The position numbers and the translations under genes were made by a program. From an uncultured Candidatus Micrarchaeota archaeon (GTDB lineage Archaea > Micrarchaeota > Micrarchaeia > Anstonellales > Bilamarchaeaceae): a stretch of DNA of 64,000 bases. Shown here in pieces: positions 49,917 to 59,638 of this stretch (positions within the stretch are counted from its first letter, which is position 1; each line of letters begins with the position of its first letter). The stretch spans positions 1,184,001 through 1,248,000 of the forward strand of contig OY970229.1 in the NCBI GenBank assembly GCA_963714085.1. Direction: 5' to 3'. Under the pieces are notes generated by a model that searched no databases, was not told where the DNA came from, and was given only the letters and a program-made list of their open reading frames with translations.

Positions 49917-50357
49917 CTATTTCTCCTCGCTGCTAGCGGATTTCTCAGTCACGACCTTCTCGACGCGCCTGCCCGGCTTGTACTGGCCGCTGCTAGCGCT
50001 CCTATTCGGAGTGCTGGTCGTGACGGTGGTCTCGCTGCTGCTTTTTGCTTCGCCACTGTCGCTGCTATAATAATAACCGGCGATGAACATCAGTATCGCG
50101 ATTATTATCGACATACCCGGCAAGCCCACATAGATCGCCGGAAGCAGGAGGGTCGGGACATCGGCCCTGAGCTTGACCAGTTCGGCCGGAGGGGTTATCC
50201 CGCAAGCGGTAAGCTTGCCCATCTGGTCCGATGACGCGAAAGCCACGGCCGCGTTCAAGACGCCCGTGAAGTAATTCAGCACCAGATACGTGGATATCAC
50301 GATCATCAAGATGACGACTAAGACGAGGACTCCGGACACTACGTTGTGTTTACCCAT
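49917..50357 (-). CDS. Hypothetical 2-TM membrane protein
   Basis: Two hydrophobic helices, S/T-rich tail, GGGGATGA SD. Confidence 0.75.
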   Translation of the reverse strand: MGKHNVVSGVLVLVVILMIVISTYLVLNYFTGVLNAAVAFASSDQMGKLTACGITPPAELVKLRADVPTLLLPAIYVGLPGMSIIIAILMFIAGYYYSSDSGEAKSSSETTVTTSTPNRSASSGQYKPGRRVEKVVTEKSASSEEK

Positions 50358-50383
50358 ATCGAATCATCCCCTTCACAATGAAT

Positions 50384-50503
50384 TCAGGTTCTCATGATCC
50401 TTTTTCCCGCCGGGCGGTTCTTGACCATGCCCTTTCCACCCTTTCCCTTCGCCGCGCGCCTTTTGGCCGCGGTCATTCTTCCACCCCTGCTTTTTTTCGC
50501 CAT
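50384..50503 (-). CDS. Very small, highly basic protein (39 aa)
   Basis: GAGGTG SD before the ATG; MAKKSRGGRMTAAKRRAAKGKGGKGMVKNRPAGKRIMRT. Confidence 0.65.
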   Translation of the reverse strand: MAKKSRGGRMTAAKRRAAKGKGGKGMVKNRPAGKRIMRT

Positions 50504-50654
50504 ATTAACACCTCTTCGGTGGGACATCCGGGCATCGCACCATAAAAGACAACTTACCCAAGTATTAAAAACCATCCGCTAACCGCACCCCGAGGGAACG
50601 CGGGCCATGGGCGATTGGAAAGCCATTAATAAATGCGGCCGCGAAAGGATTTCG

Positions 50655-51470
50655 ATGGCAAAGAAACTCGGATCCAAGATATGGGATGCTTGGGTATGGG
50701 TAGTGTCGGGCACGCTCCACATCCTCTATTCGCTGGCCAAATCAGCCGTCGGGTTGATCGGTTCCATCTTCTCCAAAGCGCGCAAGGCAGGGGAGCGCAA
50801 GGCCAGGGCGAAGTACGGCGAAGCGGTCTACCTGCCGCTCGCAGTGGAAAAAAGCATGGCAGGGGACATAACCGAATTCGAGAAGAGACTCTCGTCCAAG
50901 AGCACCGTGGGGCTGATACTCGGCGCGCGCGGAAGCGGGAAATCGGCCCTTGGCATGCGCATCTTGGAGAACATGGCGGCCAAGGGCAGGAAGGTATGCG
51001 CCATGGGTTTCGACAAATCCGCGATTCCGGGATGGATCGTGTCCGTGGACGAAGTGGACAGGATACCGAACAATCATTTCGTGCTCGTGGATGAAGGCGG
51101 GATACTCTTCTCCTCGAGATCCTCGCAGTCCTCGGGGAACAAGCTGCTCTCATCCCTCCTTTTTGTGGCCAGGCACAAGGACGTGTCCGTGCTCTTCATC
51201 TCCCAGAACTCGGCCAATCTCGAGATAAACAGCATACGGCAGGCGGACTATCTCCTGATGAGGAAGCCGTCGCTACTGCAAAAGGAGTTCGAGCGCAAGA
51301 AGATAGGCCAGATATATGACGAGATAGACTTCAGCGGCCTGCCGGACGGGGGAAAATACTCGACTTACGTGTATTCGGACGAGTTCAGGGGCTTCGTGGC
51401 GAACGGGCTCCCTGGTTTCTGGAGCGACAAGGCGAGCAAGTCCTTCGCGCAGCTGAAGCTGAAGCAGTAG
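50655..51470 (+). CDS. Membrane-associated P-loop NTPase, Zot/FtsK-HerA-like
   Basis: GARGSGKS, VLVDEGG, ARHKDVSVLFISQN; hydrophobic/amphipathic N-terminus. Confidence 0.75.
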   Translation: MAKKLGSKIWDAWVWVVSGTLHILYSLAKSAVGLIGSIFSKARKAGERKARAKYGEAVYLPLAVEKSMAGDITEFEKRLSSKSTVGLILGARGSGKSALGMRILENMAAKGRKVCAMGFDKSAIPGWIVSVDEVDRIPNNHFVLVDEGGILFSSRSSQSSGNKLLSSLLFVARHKDVSVLFISQNSANLEINSIRQADYLLMRKPSLLQKEFERKKIGQIYDEIDFSGLPDGGKYSTYVYSDEFRGFVANGLPGFWSDKASKSFAQLKLKQ

Positions 51471-51497
51471 TCCCGGCAGCGACGGAGGAATCCTGAT

Positions 51498-52073
51498 TCA
51501 AACCCGGATCCCGTAATGCGCTAACAAGATGTTCGCGGCGATTGCCAGGAATATCAGTCCGCCGATGATCTCTATCCTGTTGTCTATCAGATGGCCGATC
51601 CTCTTCCCGGTCTCTACGCAGACGAACGCCATCACCGCGGTCACCATGGCGACGATGATCGCGCTCCCCCAGATCATGCCGCTGGCGAATCCGATGCCCG
51701 CCCCCACGACGAGCGCGTCCATGCTCGTAGCGACGGCGAGCAGCGCCAGCACGCGGATGTCCAGGAGGTCCGCCCTCTTGCGCCCAGGTCCGCGGAAGGA
51801 TTCGTAGACCATCCTGAGTCCGACCGCCGCGAGGAGGATGAACGCGATCCAGTCGGCTACGCCGGAGAAGGACGCCCTGAGCACCTCGCCGCAGGCGCCC
51901 CCCAGGAGCATCATGGCGCCCTGGAAGGAGCCGAAGAACAGCGCCGCGAGCAACCCGGCCTCCGCGGTCCTCGCGCCGCCTTCCTTCCCGATGTCCGCTC
52001 CGCCGGCGAGGGAGACGGCCGCGCAGTCGCTCGCGAGGCCGATGCCGAGGAATATGTTCGTGATAATATCCAT
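51498..52073 (-). CDS. mntP: Manganese efflux pump MntP family
   Basis: GLASDCAAVS, FGSFQG, ATSMDAL, EIIGGLI. Confidence 0.9.
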   Translation of the reverse strand: MDIITNIFLGIGLASDCAAVSLAGGADIGKEGGARTAEAGLLAALFFGSFQGAMMLLGGACGEVLRASFSGVADWIAFILLAAVGLRMVYESFRGPGRKRADLLDIRVLALLAVATSMDALVVGAGIGFASGMIWGSAIIVAMVTAVMAFVCVETGKRIGHLIDNRIEIIGGLIFLAIAANILLAHYGIRV

Positions 52074-52220
52074 GGAAACCTAGGTTCCATGTGGCGCTTC
52101 AAATCTTAATGATATCGTGAAAACGCCGGTTGAAGGCGGAAGTACGGGCGTGGCTGCTCATCCGTGAAACGATCGCCGCTGGCTTCGCCTGATGGGGAAG
52201 AGGAAAATAAAATAAGCTGG

Positions 52221-52967
52221 TTATTCATCCACCGAGACCTTAGCGCTCTCGTCTGCGAAGCTCAGCGGGACCTCGGTTATGGTGACGTTCTTGTTCACCG
52301 ATATCTCGTAGAGGTCCGTGCCCTTCTCGACGTCGTTCTTGGCACCGGATATCCAGTAGTACGCCTTGCCGTTCGGGTCGAACCTCTTGGTGACCTGGGT
52401 CTTGTACCTGATCTTCTGCATCCTGTGCGAGTCGATCATCTTCGGAGCCGAGAGGTCGTCTGGCAGGTTGACGTTGAAGAACGCGTCGCCCCTCAGCTTC
52501 GGCTTGAGCGTCTTTATGACCTCGGCCAGCACCTTCTTGAGCTTCTTCGGGTCGCCCCAGCCGCTCTTGTCCCTCCAGTCCCGCCTGGTCTGGTACATGG
52601 ACAGCGCGATGGACGGTATGCCCTCAAGGGCCGCCTGCCAGCAGGCGCCGAGCGTGCCGGACGATATCAGAGCGGAGAAGGATGCGTTGTCGCCCCAGTT
52701 CACTCCTGAAAGCACCAAGTCCGGGGTCTCCAGCTCCCTCGAGTGCGTCGCGAACAGGACCGCATCCGCCGGGGTGCCGTTTATCTCGTAGAAATCCTGG
52801 TCGAGCTTCTCAAGGCGTATCGCCTTGTGGAGCGTGAGCGCGCTCGAAACCGCGCTCCTCTGCCTGTTTGGCACGAGGGCGTAGGCGTTGCCGAACTTCT
52901 TCGCGACATCCAAAAGGATGCGGAGCCCCTCAGTCTCTCCATCGTCGTTAGTAACCAGTATGTTCAT
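52221..52967 (-). CDS. surE: 5'/3'-nucleotidase SurE
   Basis: MNILVTNDDG, NGTPADAV, SGVNWGDN, SGT. Confidence 0.95.
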   Translation of the reverse strand: MNILVTNDDGETEGLRILLDVAKKFGNAYALVPNRQRSAVSSALTLHKAIRLEKLDQDFYEINGTPADAVLFATHSRELETPDLVLSGVNWGDNASFSALISSGTLGACWQAALEGIPSIALSMYQTRRDWRDKSGWGDPKKLKKVLAEVIKTLKPKLRGDAFFNVNLPDDLSAPKMIDSHRMQKIRYKTQVTKRFDPNGKAYYWISGAKNDVEKGTDLYEISVNKNVTITEVPLSFADESAKVSVDE

Positions 52968-53213
52968 AGTGTATCCCTCTATAATGAGAGGTGGACAGAC
53001 GTTATCTTGCATCCACCATATCCCACAATATACTATATGTACCGAACTCTTTATAAACGGTGCGCGGCTGATACTCTCCTCTCATTCTGTCCGACAGCAT
53101 GCCATGCGCGTTCCAAAACCCCGAAATACCAGTGCGAGCGGGCCGATGCGCCGGTACGCGCTCTCGAAACGAATTAAAGACCAAAGCCCGCTAATAAGCG
53201 TGATAATATGGTG

Positions 53214-54461
53214 ATGGCGAAGATATCCGAACCGCGGCCCGAGGCTCCGAAGCTAGCCGAACAGCCGCCGGTGACCGAGGTGCTCAGGAACGCGGGCCTT
53301 GAGCCGAAGAAGCTGAATCCCATCGAGCTCGAGTACTTCAAGATCGCGCTCCCGAGGCTGATGGCCGGATGGCAGGCGGCAGGCAGGAAGGTCGAGCTGG
53401 AAGCCGCCCGCTGGCTCGAGACCCAGGTCGCGCAGAAGCAGGAGTTCCTCAAATCCACGAACGCGTCCCCTGCGGAATTGCGCAATGTCCAGACGGACCT
53501 CAGGCACGTGCATGAGAAGGTGCTCGCCCTGGAGAAGGCCGGGCTCGTCGCGACGAAAACCGAAAGATTCCCCTACGGCATGATGCAGAGGCAGGTCGAC
53601 GAGCTCAAGAAGATGGGCATCGGTGATCCATACAAATCCACGTGGGAGCAGCGGAGGATCGCGGGCATCAGGTCCATGTACTCGAACCCGTTAGAATCAC
53701 GCGAGGGCAGGAGGGTGGAGCTCGCCGCATCGAAGCGCATGAAGGCCCTGCGGGATGCCGATATAGCCAGGAACGGACCGATGCAGGAGAGCCCTTTCAG
53801 CGACGAATACAGGATAAAAAACATGAAGAACGTCCAGGAACAGATGATGGCGAGCGCGACGTACAGGAAAGCCATCGAGGATCAGAACTCCAGGTTCCCA
53901 GCGCATCAGAAGACCGCCGCCAATATGATTATGGATGCGATAGCGAAGGCGCGCAACCCCAAGGCCGACATCGGGCCAGCGAGCTCGCTGTACGCGCGTG
54001 CCGTGAGGGAGTACTCCAGTATGCTGGAGATATACTCGAAGGACCGCGCCTTTGGCAGGGACCCGAAAGAGCGTATGGTCGCGGGCCTGGTCTCGGAGGA
54101 GAGGGCGATCAGGATCGCCATGGCCGAGAAGATCTCAAAGACTCTGATCGCCCAGCAGAAAGCCAGGCCGAGGGAGCCCGAGGACGCCATCGTGCACAAT
54201 TATGAATTCACCGTCGCAGGCTTCGGTTCCGAGGAGAAAACTACCACTTATCAGTTCTCCACCACGAATCCGATCGATTCGAGGCTATTCCGCCATGCGC
54301 TGGACGTCTCTTCTCCTGAAGAGGCGCGGAGCAATCTGGCGGCCCTGGGCGTCGTAGGTCTGTCTGCCAGGGCGATCGCCGAGATGCGCGAAGGGATCCA
54401 GGATCCGATCGCCCAGACCCAGCTCGTCGAGATCAAGGCCAAGAAGGGTACTAAGGGTTGA
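53214..54461 (+). CDS. Hypothetical helical protein
   Basis: About 415 aa ORF with coding-like codon bias; no recognised motif. Confidence 0.7.
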   Translation: MAKISEPRPEAPKLAEQPPVTEVLRNAGLEPKKLNPIELEYFKIALPRLMAGWQAAGRKVELEAARWLETQVAQKQEFLKSTNASPAELRNVQTDLRHVHEKVLALEKAGLVATKTERFPYGMMQRQVDELKKMGIGDPYKSTWEQRRIAGIRSMYSNPLESREGRRVELAASKRMKALRDADIARNGPMQESPFSDEYRIKNMKNVQEQMMASATYRKAIEDQNSRFPAHQKTAANMIMDAIAKARNPKADIGPASSLYARAVREYSSMLEIYSKDRAFGRDPKERMVAGLVSEERAIRIAMAEKISKTLIAQQKARPREPEDAIVHNYEFTVAGFGSEEKTTTYQFSTTNPIDSRLFRHALDVSSPEEARSNLAALGVVGLSARAIAEMREGIQDPIAQTQLVEIKAKKGTKG

Positions 54462-55221
54462 TGGTAAATCCGCCCTTCGGGTTCGGCATCGGGCTTATCT
54501 TCGTGCTCCCGAAACGGACTTCTCCGCCATTTTCCGTGAAAGAGGATCCGTAGTCGGAGCGGGGCAGCTGCACGTCAACTGAAAAATCGGTCCCTATCTG
54601 GTCCACTACGATTTTACCGCCCACGGGCGCGAAGAACAGGAAGCCGGGCACCACCGCCATCTTCGCGTTCGTGACGTCCATCCCGTCCCCGTGTATGATT
54701 GTGTCGCCATGGATCGGGATCTCGCGTATCCTGTCCGTCTGCACGAAAATGCGGTCATCCGTAGCGACCCACGAGACGAACGGCCTGCTGAAGATGCGGG
54801 TCATGTCCTTATGGGAGAACAATTCGCCGAAGCTCCCCTGGCCCAGCGTTTCCTTATCCTGCTTCGCCTCGATGATGATCCATTTCCTGCTCGTGAGCAT
54901 GAAAGCGCGCTTCTCGCTGCACCAGACGCCATGGACCGTTTCTCCCTGACCCAGCATCTTCTCCGATCCAATCTCGCGCACAGTGGCGCCCGAGCGCTTG
55001 TACCTGAAGGTCTCGCCGTCGAATTCGCATTCGGCCTTGCCTGATTTGTGGCTCTTTTTCTGCGCCAGGGGCAAACCTCTTTTTCCGCTGGTCGCCTGCG
55101 TGTCCGCGAGGGGCGCCTTGCCCGTGAACGCGCTAGCATACGCGGGCGAGCGTACCCCCAGCACGGCTGAGAGCGCGAGCGCAGTGCATACGACCTTGAA
55201 TCCGCTTTGTGCCGGGCGCAA
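54451..55221 (-). CDS. Hypothetical exported beta-rich protein (N-terminus uncertain)
   Basis: Signal-like VVCTALALSAVLG...AYASA; upstream ATG ORF at 55360 is out of frame. Confidence 0.55.
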   Translation of the reverse strand: MRPAQSGFKVVCTALALSAVLGVRSPAYASAFTGKAPLADTQATSGKRGLPLAQKKSHKSGKAECEFDGETFRYKRSGATVREIGSEKMLGQGETVHGVWCSEKRAFMLTSRKWIIIEAKQDKETLGQGSFGELFSHKDMTRIFSRPFVSWVATDDRIFVQTDRIREIPIHGDTIIHGDGMDVTNAKMAVVPGFLFFAPVGGKIVVDQIGTDFSVDVQLPRSDYGSSFTENGGEVRFGSTKISPMPNPKGGFTINP

Positions 55222-55456
55222 TCTTATCCCCTTAAACAGTATTGTCGGCTCCTTCTTTTCTTCCTTCGCTTTTCCTCAATTCCGTGAAGAACAATCCCTG
55301 TTTGCACACGGGCCTCCTCACGCCGTCCTCGGAGTAGGCTAAGGTTTTGTGTTTGAGCATATGGTATATTATGTACATTAGAGTTTATAAAGATTGGTGT
55401 TTGGTTGCATGACCGATACAGAACAACGCCCGCAACGGCTCCTTCTGGAACCTGAT

Positions 55457-56749
55457 TCAGGGGTGCAGCCTGGTCCTGTCCCTCGGGAACAGCGTCGCGT
55501 CGCGGATGTTCTCCAGGTTGCAGATCTTCATGGTGAGCCTTTCCAGCCCTATGCCGCACCCTGCGTGCGGAGGGGCGCCCATCCTGAACGCGTTCAGATA
55601 AAACTCGAACTCCGCGGGGTCAAGGCCGCGCGAGCGCAGTGCGTCCTCGAGCATGGCCGGGTTGTGGATGCGCTTGGCACCTGAAGAAATCTCCAGCCCG
55701 CGGTAGACCAGGTCGAAGGCGTGGCATATCTTCTTGTCCTTCGGGTCCGGCATGGAGTAGAACGCGCGTATCGCGGTCGGCCAGTCGTATATGAAATACA
55801 GGTCCTCATCCATTATATCGAAGAGCTTCTTCTCGGCCTCCTTGGTGAAATCCTCGCCCCACTCCATCTTCATGCCGGCGGCGTTCAGCTTCTCCACGAG
55901 CTCGGTGTAGGAATAGCGGGGCACCTTCTCAGGGACCTCGAACTCCGGGTGCAGGGCCACTATCTCCGGGCCCATCTTGGACTTCACCTGGTCGAGTATG
56001 TGCAGCGTGACCTTCTCCAGCACGTCCATTGCGTCAAGGTGGTCAGCGAAGCCCATCTCGATGTCCATCATCACTATCTCGTTCAGGTGCGTCGTCGTGT
56101 TGTGCTTCTCGGCCCTGAACACGGGCATGGTCATGAACACCCTGTCGAAGCCGCCTATCACTGCCAGCTGCTTGTAGAGCTGCGGCGACTGCACCAGGTA
56201 GGCCTTGTTCTCGAAGTACTGTATCGGGAACACGTCCGCGCCGCCCTCGGTGGCCGCGCCGGTTATGGCGGACGGATGGATCTCCACGAATCCCAATTCG
56301 AGCAGCTTCTCCCTGAAGGCGGTCGCCACCACGGATTTTATCTTGAAAACGGAAGCGGACTCCTTCCTGCGCAGGTCCAGGTAGCGGAAGTCCATGCGCG
56401 TGTCTATCTCGCACGGCACCACGCCCGTGGGGTCCACCGGGAGCTTGCGCTCCACCTTGTTGAGCAGCCAGAACCCGTCCGGCACCATCTCCACCCCGTC
56501 CGGGGCGATCTTGTTCTCCTTCATCATGCCCTCGAAGGCAACAACGTCCTCCTTGTTCAGCGCCACCTGGGAGAGCAGCTCCTCGCTGACCACGCCCTTC
56601 TTCATGGTGACCTGGAGTATGCCGCTCCGGTCGCGTACGAGCGCGAACTTGAGCTTGCCCAGGTCGCGGAAATCGTGCACCCAGCCCGCTATTTTCACCT
56701 TCTCGCCCGCATGGGCCCTGGCATCCGCGATATAGTGAGTCCTGTCCAT
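55457..56749 (-). CDS. aspS: Aspartate--tRNA ligase, probably non-discriminating
   Basis: GWVH, ATEGG, QSPQLYKQ, FRAEK, PPHAGCGIGLER; His in GWVH and Pro in KIAPDG match non-discriminating determinants. Confidence 0.96.
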   Translation of the reverse strand: MDRTHYIADARAHAGEKVKIAGWVHDFRDLGKLKFALVRDRSGILQVTMKKGVVSEELLSQVALNKEDVVAFEGMMKENKIAPDGVEMVPDGFWLLNKVERKLPVDPTGVVPCEIDTRMDFRYLDLRRKESASVFKIKSVVATAFREKLLELGFVEIHPSAITGAATEGGADVFPIQYFENKAYLVQSPQLYKQLAVIGGFDRVFMTMPVFRAEKHNTTTHLNEIVMMDIEMGFADHLDAMDVLEKVTLHILDQVKSKMGPEIVALHPEFEVPEKVPRYSYTELVEKLNAAGMKMEWGEDFTKEAEKKLFDIMDEDLYFIYDWPTAIRAFYSMPDPKDKKICHAFDLVYRGLEISSGAKRIHNPAMLEDALRSRGLDPAEFEFYLNAFRMGAPPHAGCGIGLERLTMKICNLENIRDATLFPRDRTRLHP

Positions 56750-56825
56750 GTGAACCAACCAGAAATGACCTGCTGTCTTCTTCTATAGGGAGCATTTTTA
56801 ATCATAATTACAGAAAGGAAGGAGC

Positions 56826-58082
56826 ATGGATCTGACCATGCCACTGCTGATCTTTCTGCCAGACACCGCCCTGGTCATGATCGGAGTCTCCCTCATGCTC
56901 AGCGTCGTCGTGACCGCGCTGTTCTACATGCTCGCCTACACGCTCCAGCACCCCCCGTTGTTCACCCTGGCCAAGGAGGAGCTCTCGGCGCTCCTCTTCA
57001 GCGTGATAATAATAGTGGCCTGGATGTCGTCGGCCAGCCTGATGGATCCCATCGCGAAGGGGCTCATCGCGCCCGTCGCGGTCCAGGTGCCGTCTCAGTC
57101 TTCGGACCTGTTCTCCTCGCACGTGACGCTTGCCATCGCCTCCACCGAGATCATGTTCAACAAGCTGCGGGAGATGTACATCTCCATGTACCTTTACGAG
57201 GCGCTCATAGGCTTCCTGTCCACGCTGAGCTTCCCCATAATATCGGCCGTGGCCGGCCCGGCCATAATCTCGTTCACCCTCATGCCCTTCGACGGCCTCA
57301 ACCTGCTCAGCAACGCGCACACCATCGTGGTCGAGGCCATAGGCACCATGATGACCCTCATCTGGGCCAAGGAGTTCATACTGATATTCTGCAGGGACGC
57401 ACTGCCGGTGCTGTTCCTCCCCCTGGGCCTCGTCATGAGGTCCATACCGTTCCTCAGGAAGACCGGCTCGTCCATAATCTCCATATGCTTCGCCGGATAC
57501 TTCGTGCTGCCCTTCGCCATCCTGTTCTCCAACTTCCTGATATTCGACGTCTACCAGCCTCCGGACTTCGTCTACGCGCCCGAGCACTTCAGCATATACA
57601 AGACGGACCTCACCGAGACCAGCGCGCAGAACGAGATAACCGGCGCGAGGGACAACGCGTCGTCCAGCCTGACCAAGCTGTTCTCCGCGCCCACCGCGGC
57701 GCAGCAGGCCACCACCACCGCGTCCTGTTCGGGCAACAGCGTCGTGCAGATGTTCTGCTCCGCGGGCAACATCGTGCGCAACATAGGCACCGGCATAGTC
57801 GACTTCGCCAGCTCGGTGTTCAACATCTGGAAGTTCATGATGGGCCTCACGGGCGATTTCGCATCCACGTTCCTGTCCGGGGCGAACCAGCTCCTGCCCG
57901 CGTCCGCTACGGCCGGGATGTTCTTCTTCATCATAGACTCCGTGGTGAGCGAGAGCCAGTTCCTGGTCCTCGTGATGATCTCCACGGTGATAGAGATAAT
58001 ATTCACCATAACCATGTACCGGAACATAGCGCTCATAATCGGAGGCGAGCTCGACATCGCGGGCCTCTCCAAGATAATCTGA
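56826..58082 (+). CDS. Polytopic membrane protein, CedA/VirB6-like paralogue 1
   Basis: YML...AKEEL; LGLVMRSIPFLRKTG; C-terminal IGGELDIAGLSKII. Confidence 0.7.
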   Translation: MDLTMPLLIFLPDTALVMIGVSLMLSVVVTALFYMLAYTLQHPPLFTLAKEELSALLFSVIIIVAWMSSASLMDPIAKGLIAPVAVQVPSQSSDLFSSHVTLAIASTEIMFNKLREMYISMYLYEALIGFLSTLSFPIISAVAGPAIISFTLMPFDGLNLLSNAHTIVVEAIGTMMTLIWAKEFILIFCRDALPVLFLPLGLVMRSIPFLRKTGSSIISICFAGYFVLPFAILFSNFLIFDVYQPPDFVYAPEHFSIYKTDLTETSAQNEITGARDNASSSLTKLFSAPTAAQQATTTASCSGNSVVQMFCSAGNIVRNIGTGIVDFASSVFNIWKFMMGLTGDFASTFLSGANQLLPASATAGMFFFIIDSVVSESQFLVLVMISTVIEIIFTITMYRNIALIIGGELDIAGLSKII

Positions 58083-58090
58083 GGTTGCAT

Positions 58091-59638
58091 ATGAGGAAGA
58101 CGCTGTTCGCCCTGCTGCTGCTGGCGCTTGCCGTCCAGGCACAGGCCGTGCCAACCACCGCGCCGCAGTCTCCGGTGTCCGTCTTCAGCTCCCAGCTGGA
58201 CGTCGCGATGGCGCTCATAGGCGCGATCATGGCCGCGCTGATAGCCCTCGCCGCGGTGGTCTACGCCGTGGGATCGCTTTTCGGGTCCGAGACGCAGGCG
58301 AGGGCGAGCGTCTGGGCCAAGTCCATGGTCAGTGCCGTGGGCGTCGCCGCGGTCCTGGTGGTCATCCTGTTCTTCTTCCTGCCCAACTACCAGCTCGCGA
58401 CCAGCGTGGATCTTGACACCATGATCGGCAGCCTCATGACCACCGCACGCGTGGTGCTGGGCGCGATACTGATGGCCCTCATCGTGCTGTCCGCCGCGAC
58501 GTACGCCCTGGGCCAGGTCGCCGGGGCGGAGACCCGTTCAAGGGCGACGGTGTGGGCCACCGGCATGCTTGCGGCCGCGCTACTGTGCGCCGTGTTATAC
58601 GTCCTGGTCTTCGTGGTGTTCACCCAGTTCGGCGACACGCTGCTGGTCGGCACCGTGCTCGAGCCCTACAAGAACATCGTGATAGACATCGCCTTCTTCG
58701 TGGCCGCCATAATACTCATCACGTACACCGCGGCCCGCGTGTTCGGGAACACGGAATGGGAGGCCTACCTGAACGTGGAGATGACCAACCTGGCCGGCTC
58801 CTTCCTGGTGCTGGTCTTCGTGCTGGGTTTCTTCGCCGCGGGCACCGTGTTCTCCACCTTGGTCATCGGCAACTCCAGCACCCCGCCGGCGGCGGCGCTG
58901 ACGTTCATGCGCCAGACCGTGGCCAGCAGCCTGCTCTCCGGGATGTACGACGTGTTCAGCATACAGACCTGCACCTCGATGCTGAGCACCTTCAGCAGGA
59001 GGTTCGGGGAAGCCGCCCTCACCAACGTGATAAAGGTGTTCCCTGGCATCAACGTCTTCGTCCAGATAACGAACGTGCTCGGCTACGGGTTCGTGACCAT
59101 CTACACCAGCGTCTCGGCGCAGATGACGGTGCTGAACCTGGTGGACGCCTTCATGGTGCCCTTCGTCCTGCCGGCCGGGCTGATACTGCGGTTCTTCCCG
59201 CCCACCCGCGACGCCGGCTCGTTCCTCATCGCCTGCGCGTTCTCGGCCCAGTTCATCTTCCCCCTGCTCTACATGATAAACTCCATGGTGCTCAGCGACC
59301 TCCAGGTCCAGGTCTACGACCAGGCGAAGTCCGCGCTCATCATAAGCTCTCTCTGCGGGCCGTTCAAGTTCGGGGTGACCGGCGTGCTGTTCCAGCCGAT
59401 CTCGAAAGGCGTCACCGCGATACCCCTGTTCTCGAACCTGCCGGGGATGGACACCCTGTTCAAGGTCATACTGTCCGAGCCCACGCTCAACATGCTGCCC
59501 ATGCTCGAGTTCGTGCCCGTGATGCAGTCCCTGGCGCTGCTGTCGCTGTTCGGGCTTTTCGTGCCCGCGTTCGCCCTGACAATGACCATAGCGTCCATAA
59601 ACGCTATAACTAAATTCCTGACTGCGAAGGTGTCATGA
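58091..59638 (+). CDS. Polytopic membrane protein paralogue 2 with signal peptide and two pilin (VirB2-like) repeats
   Basis: True start MRKTLF after GAGGT; repeats ETQARASVWA and ETRSRATVWA; AGLILRFFPPTRDAG. Confidence 0.7.
   Translation: MRKTLFALLLLALAVQAQAVPTTAPQSPVSVFSSQLDVAMALIGAIMAALIALAAVVYAVGSLFGSETQARASVWAKSMVSAVGVAAVLVVILFFFLPNYQLATSVDLDTMIGSLMTTARVVLGAILMALIVLSAATYALGQVAGAETRSRATVWATGMLAAALLCAVLYVLVFVVFTQFGDTLLVGTVLEPYKNIVIDIAFFVAAIILITYTAARVFGNTEWEAYLNVEMTNLAGSFLVLVFVLGFFAAGTVFSTLVIGNSSTPPAAALTFMRQTVASSLLSGMYDVFSIQTCTSMLSTFSRRFGEAALTNVIKVFPGINVFVQITNVLGYGFVTIYTSVSAQMTVLNLVDAFMVPFVLPAGLILRFFPPTRDAGSFLIACAFSAQFIFPLLYMINSMVLSDLQVQVYDQAKSALIISSLCGPFKFGVTGVLFQPISKGVTAIPLFSNLPGMDTLFKVILSEPTLNMLPMLEFVPVMQSLALLSLFGLFVPAFALTMTIASINAITKFLTAKVS

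Noticed and set aside
57485..58090. 717-aa version of paralogue 2 starting at 57485
   Set aside because: The extension overlaps paralogue 1 in another frame and is R/H-rich noise; SD and signal peptide support the start at 58091
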